Below are positions 8,607-16,928 of a stretch of 64,000 nucleotides of DNA, in pieces. The stretch spans positions 9,341 through 73,340 of the forward strand of contig CAZVXL010000003.1 in assembly GCA_964631595.1 (NCBI GenBank), given 5' to 3'. Made by a program: the position numbers and the translations under genes. The first letter of the stretch is position 1. Every line of letters begins with the position of its first letter. This stretch comes from an uncultured Lachnospiraceae bacterium. Lineage in GTDB: Bacteria; Bacillota; Clostridia; Oscillospirales; CAG-272. The notes under the pieces are model-generated. The model worked only from the letters and a program-made list of their open reading frames with translations. It was not told the DNA's origin and did not search any database.

Positions 8607-9074
8607 TTAACAAATATAAAGCAGCAAACAGTTATCCGTTGTGCTATGATGAGTATTTGCGAGCAGTATTTGAAATGCCGGAGGCACTGCCGCATTGTCC
8701 AGATAAATAGGATATAAACGCTTGCCGTTCTCACGCGCTACAATTATCTCCATTCCGCAAAAAGGAGAATTCATTGAAGCTTCTGAAACAAACAGCAAAA
8801 CAGCCTCGGAGCCTTCAATACGCTGGCGAAGTTCATCCCTAAAATCATTGCCCGTTTCACATGACTCATCATACCAAAGCCTGTATTTACGGTCATTTAA
8901 GGCATCCAGAATGGGATATACCTTTTCAGTGTCCCTGTGAGAATAGCTTACAAAAAGATAAGGTTCATTGCCTATATATGCCTCAAACTTCGTTTGCATA
9001 TTCACATACCCCTCAATTTCAATATTGTGAATCTTTTCTGTGATCTGGTTTGCCATAACGATCTCTCCTTTCAT
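8607..9074 (-). CDS. small stand-alone TIR-domain protein
   Basis: The sequence YLFVSYSHRDTEKVYPILDALNDRKYRLWYDE...AVLLFVSEASMNSPFCGMEIIVA shows a TIR layout with a conserved Glu. The more likely start is the ATG at 9056 (MANQITEK), preceded by AAGGAGAG. Confidence 0.7.
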   Translation of the reverse strand: MKGEIVMANQITEKIHNIEIEGYVNMQTKFEAYIGNEPYLFVSYSHRDTEKVYPILDALNDRKYRLWYDESCETGNDFRDELRQRIEGSEAVLLFVSEASMNSPFCGMEIIVARENGKRLYPIYLDNAAVPPAFQILLANTHHSTTDNCLLLYIC

Positions 9075-9077
9075 TTG

Positions 9078-10883
9078 TTAATCATCATCTTTTTCTTGCT
9101 CTCTTAACGGAAGTTCAGCAAATGGAACAAGACAGTTATGCATCTTTGCCAAATCGTTTCTTCCGGATTTTTCCACTGTACCGCCGTATACATACCCCTC
9201 CGAACGCATATACGCATTCCAACGACGATGTTCCAAAATTCTTAAAGGCCACAATTCATCTTGCGTACGGTCTTTAGGGGCTTTTTCGATTCCCGGTATG
9301 CGGCATAGTATCTTCATCTTGCGATGTATAGCTGATGCGATAGACGACCTGTAATTATAGTCATACTGCCAAAACTCATTTTCATTACCCCACTTCAAGT
9401 GACGCTTCAGCGCTTCTTCTTCAATATCCGAGCTGAGAATAACATCTTCGGAATAAGATGACCGCATATCCCCGATAAAATCAATATTATACTTTTCCCC
9501 TTTGAAATTTGTAATACCGAAAAGCGCTTCCCTTTTGTCGGTACTGTATACAACAGCTTGTATTTCGGGCGTATATCCTACTCTGGCAAAAGCAGCACGA
9601 AGGTTTATGGCTGTAGTAATATTCTTCTCATCGTTTCCCAGCGCCACAAAAACATATGTTGTTATCGGCAAAGCCAAAACCGTATCATAGAAACTTTTTG
9701 TTTCCACATCTATTCCGGAATGAACTGCAATTTTGTACTTTGCTTCACCCTCAATATCATACACTCCATTATATTTTGAATCCATTAATTCCGGACAAAG
9801 AGCAGCAAACCTATCGTCTGCCATTTTATCCATATCAAAAGCGTTGATTTCGACTTGATAACCATCCATCTGACAAAACCAAGCCAGTGACTTTGTCATC
9901 TCGGTTCCGTGCTGTCCCATGCCAATCACGACAGCATTGATTTTTTTGGTATCTGTACCGTCATCATAAGCACTTTTAAACACTTTCTCATAACCGTTTT
10001 CATAAAGATTACGCATAACAAGCGATTGAACATCGTTTATGCGGCGCACCTTTATTTTAATACCATCCCCCATTCCGTTGAAAATACTTGCCAACAGCAT
10101 TTCCGATTCCGCCTGAGTTGCAAAAACATACAAATTTGTGTTTTCTCTATATTTGAATTTTTCAAAAATTCCAAGTGCCTGACTTATATTTTCAGACTGA
10201 TCATCGCCTATAGCAAAGAAATTCAAATCTTTATTCTTACTGTGAAACGAAAAATCAACAGTAGTAATATCATTCTTAAAGCATACAGCTCCAAATTCTT
10301 TTGCATTTTCAATGAGTTCGCTGTTTTGTTCTTCTTCCTTATCATATACATCGGTAAATAACAAAAAACGGTTTTTCCTATCATTTTTACGCAAACTTTC
10401 CGCTAATGCCAATGATTTTTCATTAAGCTCCGAAAAAATAAAAACATTCGAATTATAATGAGTGATATAACGTTTGTACGCCGATATATTCTTAAAAAAC
10501 GACAGCACAAAGCCAAATGTCAACATCGGAGCCAGAACGAATAAAATCGAAAAAAGTGTTGTGTATCCTTTAAAGATCAAGCCCTGCGATGCACTCAAAT
10601 TAGATGTTATAAATTCAAATTCTCCATCCACAATAAAAAGTCTGATCATATTGTGAACTGAAATAAGGATCGTTTCAACAATTCCGCATTCATAAGCATC
10701 AAAAACATTCATGTAAATCGGTATAAACAATATGACAGATGACAGGGCAACACCGATAAACAGTATTTTGGAAGGATCAAGTAATCTTCCTCTCTTGTAA
10801 GTAGACTTGATCCTGACTACCGCAAAAACGACAGAGCCCAAAAAGCATATTGCTGAAACAGCAAAAAATACGATCCACTTCAT
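9078..10883 (-). CDS. membrane protein with Rossmann-like (TrkA-N/RCK-like) domain(s) and a C-terminal RyR-like domain
   Basis: The N-terminus has about four hydrophobic helices (MKWIVFFAVSAICFLGSVVFAVV..., GYTTLFSILFVLAPMLTFGFVLSFF). A GxGxxG motif, VVIGMGQHG, lies at nt 9905-9931. The C-terminal LEHRRWNAYMRSEGYVYGG...KMHNCLVPFAELPLREQEKDDD resembles bacterial RyR (PF02026-type) domains. The track ORF starts at a TTG at 10961, but the ATG at 10883 is preceded by GGAGGA. Confidence 0.6.
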   Translation of the reverse strand: MKWIVFFAVSAICFLGSVVFAVVRIKSTYKRGRLLDPSKILFIGVALSSVILFIPIYMNVFDAYECGIVETILISVHNMIRLFIVDGEFEFITSNLSASQGLIFKGYTTLFSILFVLAPMLTFGFVLSFFKNISAYKRYITHYNSNVFIFSELNEKSLALAESLRKNDRKNRFLLFTDVYDKEEEQNSELIENAKEFGAVCFKNDITTVDFSFHSKNKDLNFFAIGDDQSENISQALGIFEKFKYRENTNLYVFATQAESEMLLASIFNGMGDGIKIKVRRINDVQSLVMRNLYENGYEKVFKSAYDDGTDTKKINAVVIGMGQHGTEMTKSLAWFCQMDGYQVEINAFDMDKMADDRFAALCPELMDSKYNGVYDIEGEAKYKIAVHSGIDVETKSFYDTVLALPITTYVFVALGNDEKNITTAINLRAAFARVGYTPEIQAVVYSTDKREALFGITNFKGEKYNIDFIGDMRSSYSEDVILSSDIEEEALKRHLKWGNENEFWQYDYNYRSSIASAIHRKMKILCRIPGIEKAPKDRTQDELWPLRILEHRRWNAYMRSEGYVYGGTVEKSGRNDLAKMHNCLVPFAELPLREQEKDDD

Positions 10884-11052
10884 ATTTCCTCCAACAACAC
10901 TGTACCGTACAGATTCCAAGTATTCATGCAATAGCAACTCAACCGATCTATATCTTTCCAATTACAACAGAGTATCCGTCAAAAGACGATCAATTCAGCA
11001 AATATTTGAAATTTCACTATGACTTATCAGTTCAAGCAAGCGCCAAAAGGCA

Positions 11053-11081
11053 AGTATAAAATATTTATTTCTTCTTGACAA
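11053..11081 (-). promoter_or_regulatory. candidate internal sigma-A-type promoter upstream of the RyR-domain gene
   Basis: The minus strand reads TTGTCA - 17 nt - TATACT (ttgtcaagaagaaataaatattttatact). AT-rich DNA makes chance matches likely. Confidence 0.3.
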
Positions 11082-11210
11082 AAAGCTAATATCCGGATTT
11101 CGACAAGCTCATTATCCCCAATAAAAGAACTTTATCGGGGATAATGAATAAAGAAGTAATCTTGTTTCTATCGTGATTCAATTATAGAATTCGGCAAAAA
11201 CACAATAGCA

Positions 11211-14200
11211 TCATAACTTTGTCATAAAAAATGTTATTGTTGATCTATCATCGTGAGCTGAATACGCATAATTTGAATTCAACTTCACATTTGCTTTCAA
11301 ACCCGCAAATTGAATAACTTCTCTAAACCTGCCATCATCCGCCAACCGTTTCTTTGCTTCACTGAATGCCTTTACAGAACTGAACTTAAAAGACACATCA
11401 AGCTTATTTCTTTTAACACTTTCGCAAACGATACTTTTTATCCGTTCCAAATCATACGTTTCAAAATACACCCCCTGCCGTCTGTAATAATTGCATTTTG
11501 TTGCCGTACATTCGGGCAATGGGAAGTCACTCTCAGGTGTATGAGCTTCAAGACGAGTCAATTCCTCGGTCGTTATACAAAAGCAATCATAGCTGACCGC
11601 ATCAGTCCGTGCCTTATCTTTCTTGGTATCAGAACCATCACCCCATGTAACATCAATGTGGTAATAATCCCCCTCCAATTTGATCAGGTTCCAAGCATGA
11701 GTATCGCTGGTCACATAAGTACATTCGATACCGCAAAGATTAAGCAAATACTGCATAGCCTTAGCATATCCTGCACACACGGCCTTTTTGTTAACAAACA
11801 CGCCGTAAATCGAACGCAAATCATCAGGAACTTCCGGAGATACGGTGTCTTTCTTTTGCCGTTCCAAACCGATCGTATCATAATCAACCAATTGGATAAT
11901 GTTCTCGTAAATACGAAGTGTAACTTCATAATCGCTCATCGTATCGGTAACTGAAGTCAAAAACGATTTTGTTGCAACATCGATCTTATCCTGACGTTTT
12001 TCAGCCTCATCTTGTGTCATACAGTACTTGAATTCAAGTTTGTTTACAACATGAGTCGCGCTATCAAAGAAAAACGTCGTTCCGTGCTGAAACCAGAATA
12101 TTTCAGGATGATCCCTTTGAATATAATCAATAATCTTTTTGATTTGAGCATCTGTTACGGAAGCGTTGAAATCACTTATTTCAGTGCTAAAAGTATTTAT
12201 CGTCTCCAGCACAGTATCGTAAACCGCTTTTTCATCGTTATTCAGAAGGCTGTAAGCATATCTGTTGAGCGAATCGGGATCACGCTGAATTGTTCCTTTA
12301 ATTGGACCTATAGGAACAGTAACACCTGTACCCGATGTGGGAGTCTCACTTTCGGTATCCCCGGGGTCGATTTCGTTCGTGGGCATCGCAACTGCAAATG
12401 AGCCACAGAATTCCGGAGCAAGTGGAGTATCCACATTCATAAAAGGTGTTATCTTTGTAATAACAGTACCCAAAGAGAACGGATAATTAGCACGGTAACG
12501 CAAAAAGCCATGACCGTACTCATCATCACGATACGAAGTGATGATTTCCTCTCTTTTTGCTGTTGCAGGCTCATTGATCAGGTAAGCATACTGGATCTCG
12601 ACCCACTTTGCCATACCCTCATAAATCTCCAAACGCATCTTTTTTCCGTATTTTTTACGGATAGCCTTATCATTCCAATTAATATACTGCCAAATATGCG
12701 TGAGCTCGTGAGCCATCGAAAGCATGGATGCCATACGTGGGGACCCGTTTTCTACCAGCAATGTATATCCGTTCTTATCACTAATTGCAACACCGAGAAC
12801 CCGTCCATCACTCTTAGGTGTGGGAATAAACGCCTTTCCCAAGCGCTTATGAAGAATTTTTGAGTTGACCATTTCAACCTTAATACCCGCATTAATTCGA
12901 ATGCCAAAGAAAGACTCCATGTTTCTCTTTACATCCTCAAAAATTCTGCGGAATTCTTCTCCGGTCTTAATCGCTGTTCTTCCACAATTCAAGCATCTGT
13001 CGCGACCGTCCGCAAGAGTTTCATACTCAACTCCAAAAATTTCCGTCCCGCAAAAATCGCAGTATCTCACATCAGGTTTTCCGGGCTTATAAGTTGCTTC
13101 AACAAATTCGGCAATCTTCTTGCTCTCTCTTACTTGCTTTAGTGAATTTTTTTGCATACCCATTTCCGAGAGATAATCAAGTGTTCCCGAAAGGTCTATG
13201 GAAGCAGGCTCACACTCTTTACCGTAAAGCATATAGTAACGTTCATGATAAGGTCTACGCTCGGAATAAAAAGCCGGAGTAGCATCGGTGTCATTTTCCA
13301 CAGAGTAAAAAGCATCGCTCATCATCGGTGATTCGACCATTTCAACAGGCTCCTTAACAACATCCGTTTCAGAAGTTTCAGCAGTCTCTATTGTATCATC
13401 TTCCGATGTGCCGTCATCATTTGTGTTTTCCGGAGATATATCATCTTCAGAATCGGAAGTATCTTCAATTTGCTTCTTTTTCCGTTTAAGCCAATCAAAG
13501 ATTCTTTTTTTCTTCTTTTCCGAACCGGTCTTTTCTCCGGTGTTTTGAGTTCCGGCTTCATTCTCTATGGGGTTTTCATCTTCCGTCTTTGCTGGCGGGG
13601 TCATGGAAATATCTGTAGGAACCTCATCGGTTGGCTGCTCTTCACCATGCGTTTTTTTATCCTTCCTTGGTTTTTTCTTAAACCACCCCTTAACCTTATC
13701 AAATATCCTCTTAAATCCTCGACCTATTGCCGAAAATATTCCCTTTATGCCCTTTTTCTTCGATTTAACAGCATCGTCCGGATCCGTAAACACGACAGGC
13801 GGCTGAGGATCCGGTTGCGGGTCAAGACTTGATTCAAGCATTTCCATATGCCAGTCAAGATAATCGTGAATAATGCTGAAAATTCTTTGAAGATTTCTTT
13901 CCACGGCTACCGTCAATCCAAGATCAAGCTGACTGTCTTCAATAATGTATATTGCATTCTTTTGAAGCTGGCAGCTGTCGCTTTTCAATGAATACGTCAA
14001 TGGTTCGTCCACATCTGTTCCGGTCAGAAAAGAATGATCGGTAACTGCGCAAATATATGGCTGATTTTCAGCGAAAATAGTTCTGAATACCTCATTAAAC
14101 AAAACAGTAATTGTATATCGAACATTATCATTTAATCGTCCGTTAAACTCGGGCAATTCAATACGAAGAATCTCTTTATTCCGATAGATACGTCTCGGTA

Positions 14201-16928
14201 TTCCGCTTTTTTCTCCTTCAAAGGTAATTCGCTTTGCAGTGCCAAAATCATTGTACTTTTTCATACGATAGTATCCGGTAGTATCAACACTGATATCGGC
14301 AAATTCTTTGACAACTTTCATTCCCGCGATATTCTGCTGTGCCCCGATCTTATCCGACTGTCTTATACCATGAATAACATATTCGCGTATTTGCCTATAT
14401 GAAGGGCGATCCACAATATGATCGGCAGCTCTACGCACTAAAACCTGACCGTCGGCAGTTAAATATTGCATTTCATAATACTTGCCGCCAAACGTAAAAA
14501 ACTGACCCGGCAAATACTTTTGATAAATTTGCCCGCAAAGTTCGGAACCAAGGTAATATCGCTCTCCTTTTTCGTCTTCGGAAATGTATCCGGCAGAACG
14601 AAGTTCTGACACACACAAGCTCAAAAACTCGCGATCAACAATAGAATATGTTGTTTCCAATTTACCGATCTTCAAATTAAATGTCTCTTCCACTTTAATT
14701 ATATCATGCGTCCATTCGGTATCCCCGAGCTTGAGTGCTTTGGAATAAACTTTATTGACAGCCTGACGATAATCGTCAGGAAGTTCAGTGTTTTTCGAAA
14801 CTTCCGAATAACAGTTATACAGTTCGAACCAAAGCTGCTTTTTTAAGTCAAAAACATCAACTCCGAGCAATGACAGTTCCTTATCCAAAATATCAGAGCA
14901 AACGGGGAAAGTACTCATCATCAATACAAGGCGGAGAATTGTATTGCGATTACTTCTTGTATAATCCGCAACAATAAACGGAATCGCCTTTGCATCGGTC
15001 TCAAAAACAGAAGCATTATCCGCCATATAATCCCTTAAAAGGTATTCCGAAGAGATTACATTAATAAAGCCTTGCTCTGTGGTTCTGGTGGAAAAATCAC
15101 GAAGTATCTCAAACATATTATACGACTCATCTTCAATAGTCATATAATTGTTTTTTTTCACTTCGGCACTCCAAAAATTAGAAGTCGTAACAAATCTCTC
15201 ATCCATGATCTCTTGACTTGTCGGCAAGCCGGCATATTTCGTAAGATCATAATAATATTGTTTGTCGATCCACCGAATATCAGTTACAGGAAAAGCTTCG
15301 CCTCCGTACCATTTTGTTTTTGAAACCTGATTTTTCAGTGCGGCAAATGATAACTCAGTACCCATTCCAAGATATCTTGAAATATTAGGCACAAGGCGAT
15401 GATGCAGATAATCCTCATCTGCTTCCCAACACATATACGAAGAAGTCCCGAGATGCTTTTTGGTAGCCGACACCTCCGTTATACTTGTCATCAGCGCATG
15501 TGACATCGCATCAACCAAGCCATCGCAGTTCTTATCGCATATACAGTATACTACACTTTTGTTTACTTCGGTCTTGCACTTCTTGACAAGCAGATTCAGA
15601 CCTATCTGTGCAGTTGAAATCAGCTTGGATGGTTCAATTATTACAAAAAATCCCACATTTTCAAGAAATTCAGAATTTGCATTTTGAAGTTCAATATTTA
15701 AAACGTCAGATCTTGTAACGATACCTATATCAATATCTTGCTTTTCGGATGTCAAAACGCCAACATTCCACATATACGGAATATCAGTCACCGATTCAAC
15801 ACCCTTTTCCACCCAATCTTTAATATCATCTTCAATGGAATGTCGTCCCAAAACAATTAAAACCTTCTGATGACTCAAAAGAACACGGTTCATCGGATAA
15901 AAGGCATACGGTATCAAATCGTTATAAAACGGATTATTGAATAAAATGCTTTTTCCGTTCAACATATCGAGAGAAGAATAGAGATAGTTATGATCAAGCG
16001 AATATCCGGTTCGGTTCAATGCATCAAAATAAGAAGCAAAGGAAACGACCTTCGGGTCCTCGCTTTTTTCAAGTTCACGAATAATTTCATCAGTCGTAAC
16101 ATCATAAGCAAGTGCATTGTTAACACCGGTATTTTCCGCAAGCAGTTTATCACCGAAAACAGATCGCAAAAACTTCCGCAGTAAAGAATAGTTGACAATT
16201 TTATATGCATCTTCATCTTCACCTAAAATGTACTTGGAATACTCTCGTTTTGTTGCTCCGTCAAGATAAAATCCAAGTTCTCCAATAACAAAAATACCGA
16301 AAACAGGATAAAAAACCGATTTCATTAGTCCTTCGTAGTAAAAATGCCGACTTGCGATCATTAACAGTACCGATAATACTACAGCACTGTTATAGAAAAA
16401 ATTGAACATACTCCGAACCTGAACATAGCTTTCCTTAATACACCACTTGTTCTTGTCCGAAAAATACTCATAAAAATTCCCAGCCACTTTTGTGTGAAGC
16501 TTTCCGTCGGTTTTTACAGCCTTAGACATAATTTGAATGCAAATCTTTTTGAGCACCATGTAAGCCAAGATCATAACCGTATTTGCAACAAAGAAGACCC
16601 AAAAATTCAAATTAAGCCCTGCTATCAATGATCCCACAAACCTTCCAATCCGTCCGATCACATTTCCGGCTTGTGTCGGCATCCATGAGGATCCGGATAA
16701 TGCCAATATCCATTTGGATAAATTGTTCATAAGCTTTATAAGCCACTCGTTTAGAGAATCCATCAGAAGCATTCCAACGATAGCATAAACCAATGCAATA
16801 ACAGGCATAAAAAACTGTTTGCTTCGATCTATCTTCGGAAGATTCAACTTCTTGCCGGCTAAACAAAGAATTACAAAAGGGAGGATCATCGATATCATTT
16901 TTGCAATATTAAGAATTACCTCAATCAT
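11211..16928 (-). CDS. 1905-aa polytopic membrane protein with Zn-ribbon, HExxH metallopeptidase-like and transglutaminase-like cysteine protease-like modules
   Basis: The first ~230 aa are hydrophobic and contain several predicted helices. A K/E/D-rich low-complexity linker spans about nt 13300-13830. The Zn-ribbon reads CDFCG...CLNCG (nt about 12981-13064). The HExxH motif is SMAHELTHIWQ (HELTH at nt 12696-12710) with a downstream EGMAKWVE. The transglutaminase-like core reads KAVCAGYAKAMQYLL / DTHAWNLIKL / HIDVTWGD, with Cys at 11775-11777, His at 11697-11699 and Asp at 11652-11654. The start overlaps the upstream stop by 8 nt. Confidence 0.65.
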   Translation of the reverse strand: MIEVILNIAKMISMILPFVILCLAGKKLNLPKIDRSKQFFMPVIALVYAIVGMLLMDSLNEWLIKLMNNLSKWILALSGSSWMPTQAGNVIGRIGRFVGSLIAGLNLNFWVFFVANTVMILAYMVLKKICIQIMSKAVKTDGKLHTKVAGNFYEYFSDKNKWCIKESYVQVRSMFNFFYNSAVVLSVLLMIASRHFYYEGLMKSVFYPVFGIFVIGELGFYLDGATKREYSKYILGEDEDAYKIVNYSLLRKFLRSVFGDKLLAENTGVNNALAYDVTTDEIIRELEKSEDPKVVSFASYFDALNRTGYSLDHNYLYSSLDMLNGKSILFNNPFYNDLIPYAFYPMNRVLLSHQKVLIVLGRHSIEDDIKDWVEKGVESVTDIPYMWNVGVLTSEKQDIDIGIVTRSDVLNIELQNANSEFLENVGFFVIIEPSKLISTAQIGLNLLVKKCKTEVNKSVVYCICDKNCDGLVDAMSHALMTSITEVSATKKHLGTSSYMCWEADEDYLHHRLVPNISRYLGMGTELSFAALKNQVSKTKWYGGEAFPVTDIRWIDKQYYYDLTKYAGLPTSQEIMDERFVTTSNFWSAEVKKNNYMTIEDESYNMFEILRDFSTRTTEQGFINVISSEYLLRDYMADNASVFETDAKAIPFIVADYTRSNRNTILRLVLMMSTFPVCSDILDKELSLLGVDVFDLKKQLWFELYNCYSEVSKNTELPDDYRQAVNKVYSKALKLGDTEWTHDIIKVEETFNLKIGKLETTYSIVDREFLSLCVSELRSAGYISEDEKGERYYLGSELCGQIYQKYLPGQFFTFGGKYYEMQYLTADGQVLVRRAADHIVDRPSYRQIREYVIHGIRQSDKIGAQQNIAGMKVVKEFADISVDTTGYYRMKKYNDFGTAKRITFEGEKSGIPRRIYRNKEILRIELPEFNGRLNDNVRYTITVLFNEVFRTIFAENQPYICAVTDHSFLTGTDVDEPLTYSLKSDSCQLQKNAIYIIEDSQLDLGLTVAVERNLQRIFSIIHDYLDWHMEMLESSLDPQPDPQPPVVFTDPDDAVKSKKKGIKGIFSAIGRGFKRIFDKVKGWFKKKPRKDKKTHGEEQPTDEVPTDISMTPPAKTEDENPIENEAGTQNTGEKTGSEKKKKRIFDWLKRKKKQIEDTSDSEDDISPENTNDDGTSEDDTIETAETSETDVVKEPVEMVESPMMSDAFYSVENDTDATPAFYSERRPYHERYYMLYGKECEPASIDLSGTLDYLSEMGMQKNSLKQVRESKKIAEFVEATYKPGKPDVRYCDFCGTEIFGVEYETLADGRDRCLNCGRTAIKTGEEFRRIFEDVKRNMESFFGIRINAGIKVEMVNSKILHKRLGKAFIPTPKSDGRVLGVAISDKNGYTLLVENGSPRMASMLSMAHELTHIWQYINWNDKAIRKKYGKKMRLEIYEGMAKWVEIQYAYLINEPATAKREEIITSYRDDEYGHGFLRYRANYPFSLGTVITKITPFMNVDTPLAPEFCGSFAVAMPTNEIDPGDTESETPTSGTGVTVPIGPIKGTIQRDPDSLNRYAYSLLNNDEKAVYDTVLETINTFSTEISDFNASVTDAQIKKIIDYIQRDHPEIFWFQHGTTFFFDSATHVVNKLEFKYCMTQDEAEKRQDKIDVATKSFLTSVTDTMSDYEVTLRIYENIIQLVDYDTIGLERQKKDTVSPEVPDDLRSIYGVFVNKKAVCAGYAKAMQYLLNLCGIECTYVTSDTHAWNLIKLEGDYYHIDVTWGDGSDTKKDKARTDAVSYDCFCITTEELTRLEAHTPESDFPLPECTATKCNYYRRQGVYFETYDLERIKSIVCESVKRNKLDVSFKFSSVKAFSEAKKRLADDGRFREVIQFAGLKANVKLNSNYAYSAHDDRSTITFFMTKL

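Noticed and set aside
8606-8734. N-terminal 43 codons of track ORF 8042..8734 as real coding sequence
   Set aside because: This part overlaps the 3-prime end of the TIR gene in a different frame and gives a C/I/F/R-rich nonsense-like peptide. Only the region below about 8605 has permease character.
10884-10961. TTG-initiated N-terminal extension (MERYRSVELLLHEYLESVRYSVVGGN) of the RyR-domain gene
   Set aside because: The ATG at 10883 is preceded by GGAGGA and starts directly with a TM helix. The extension has no RBS, so the shorter model is preferred.
13900-15900. Helicase-like or DUF1998-like region in the middle of the 1905-aa protein
   Set aside because: Strings such as VLIVLGRHS, FFVIIEPS and TITVLFNEVFRTIF reminded me of degenerate helicase or DUF1998 patterns. 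However, there is no GxGKT Walker A, no DExH box and no Cys cluster. I cannot support the call from sequence alone.
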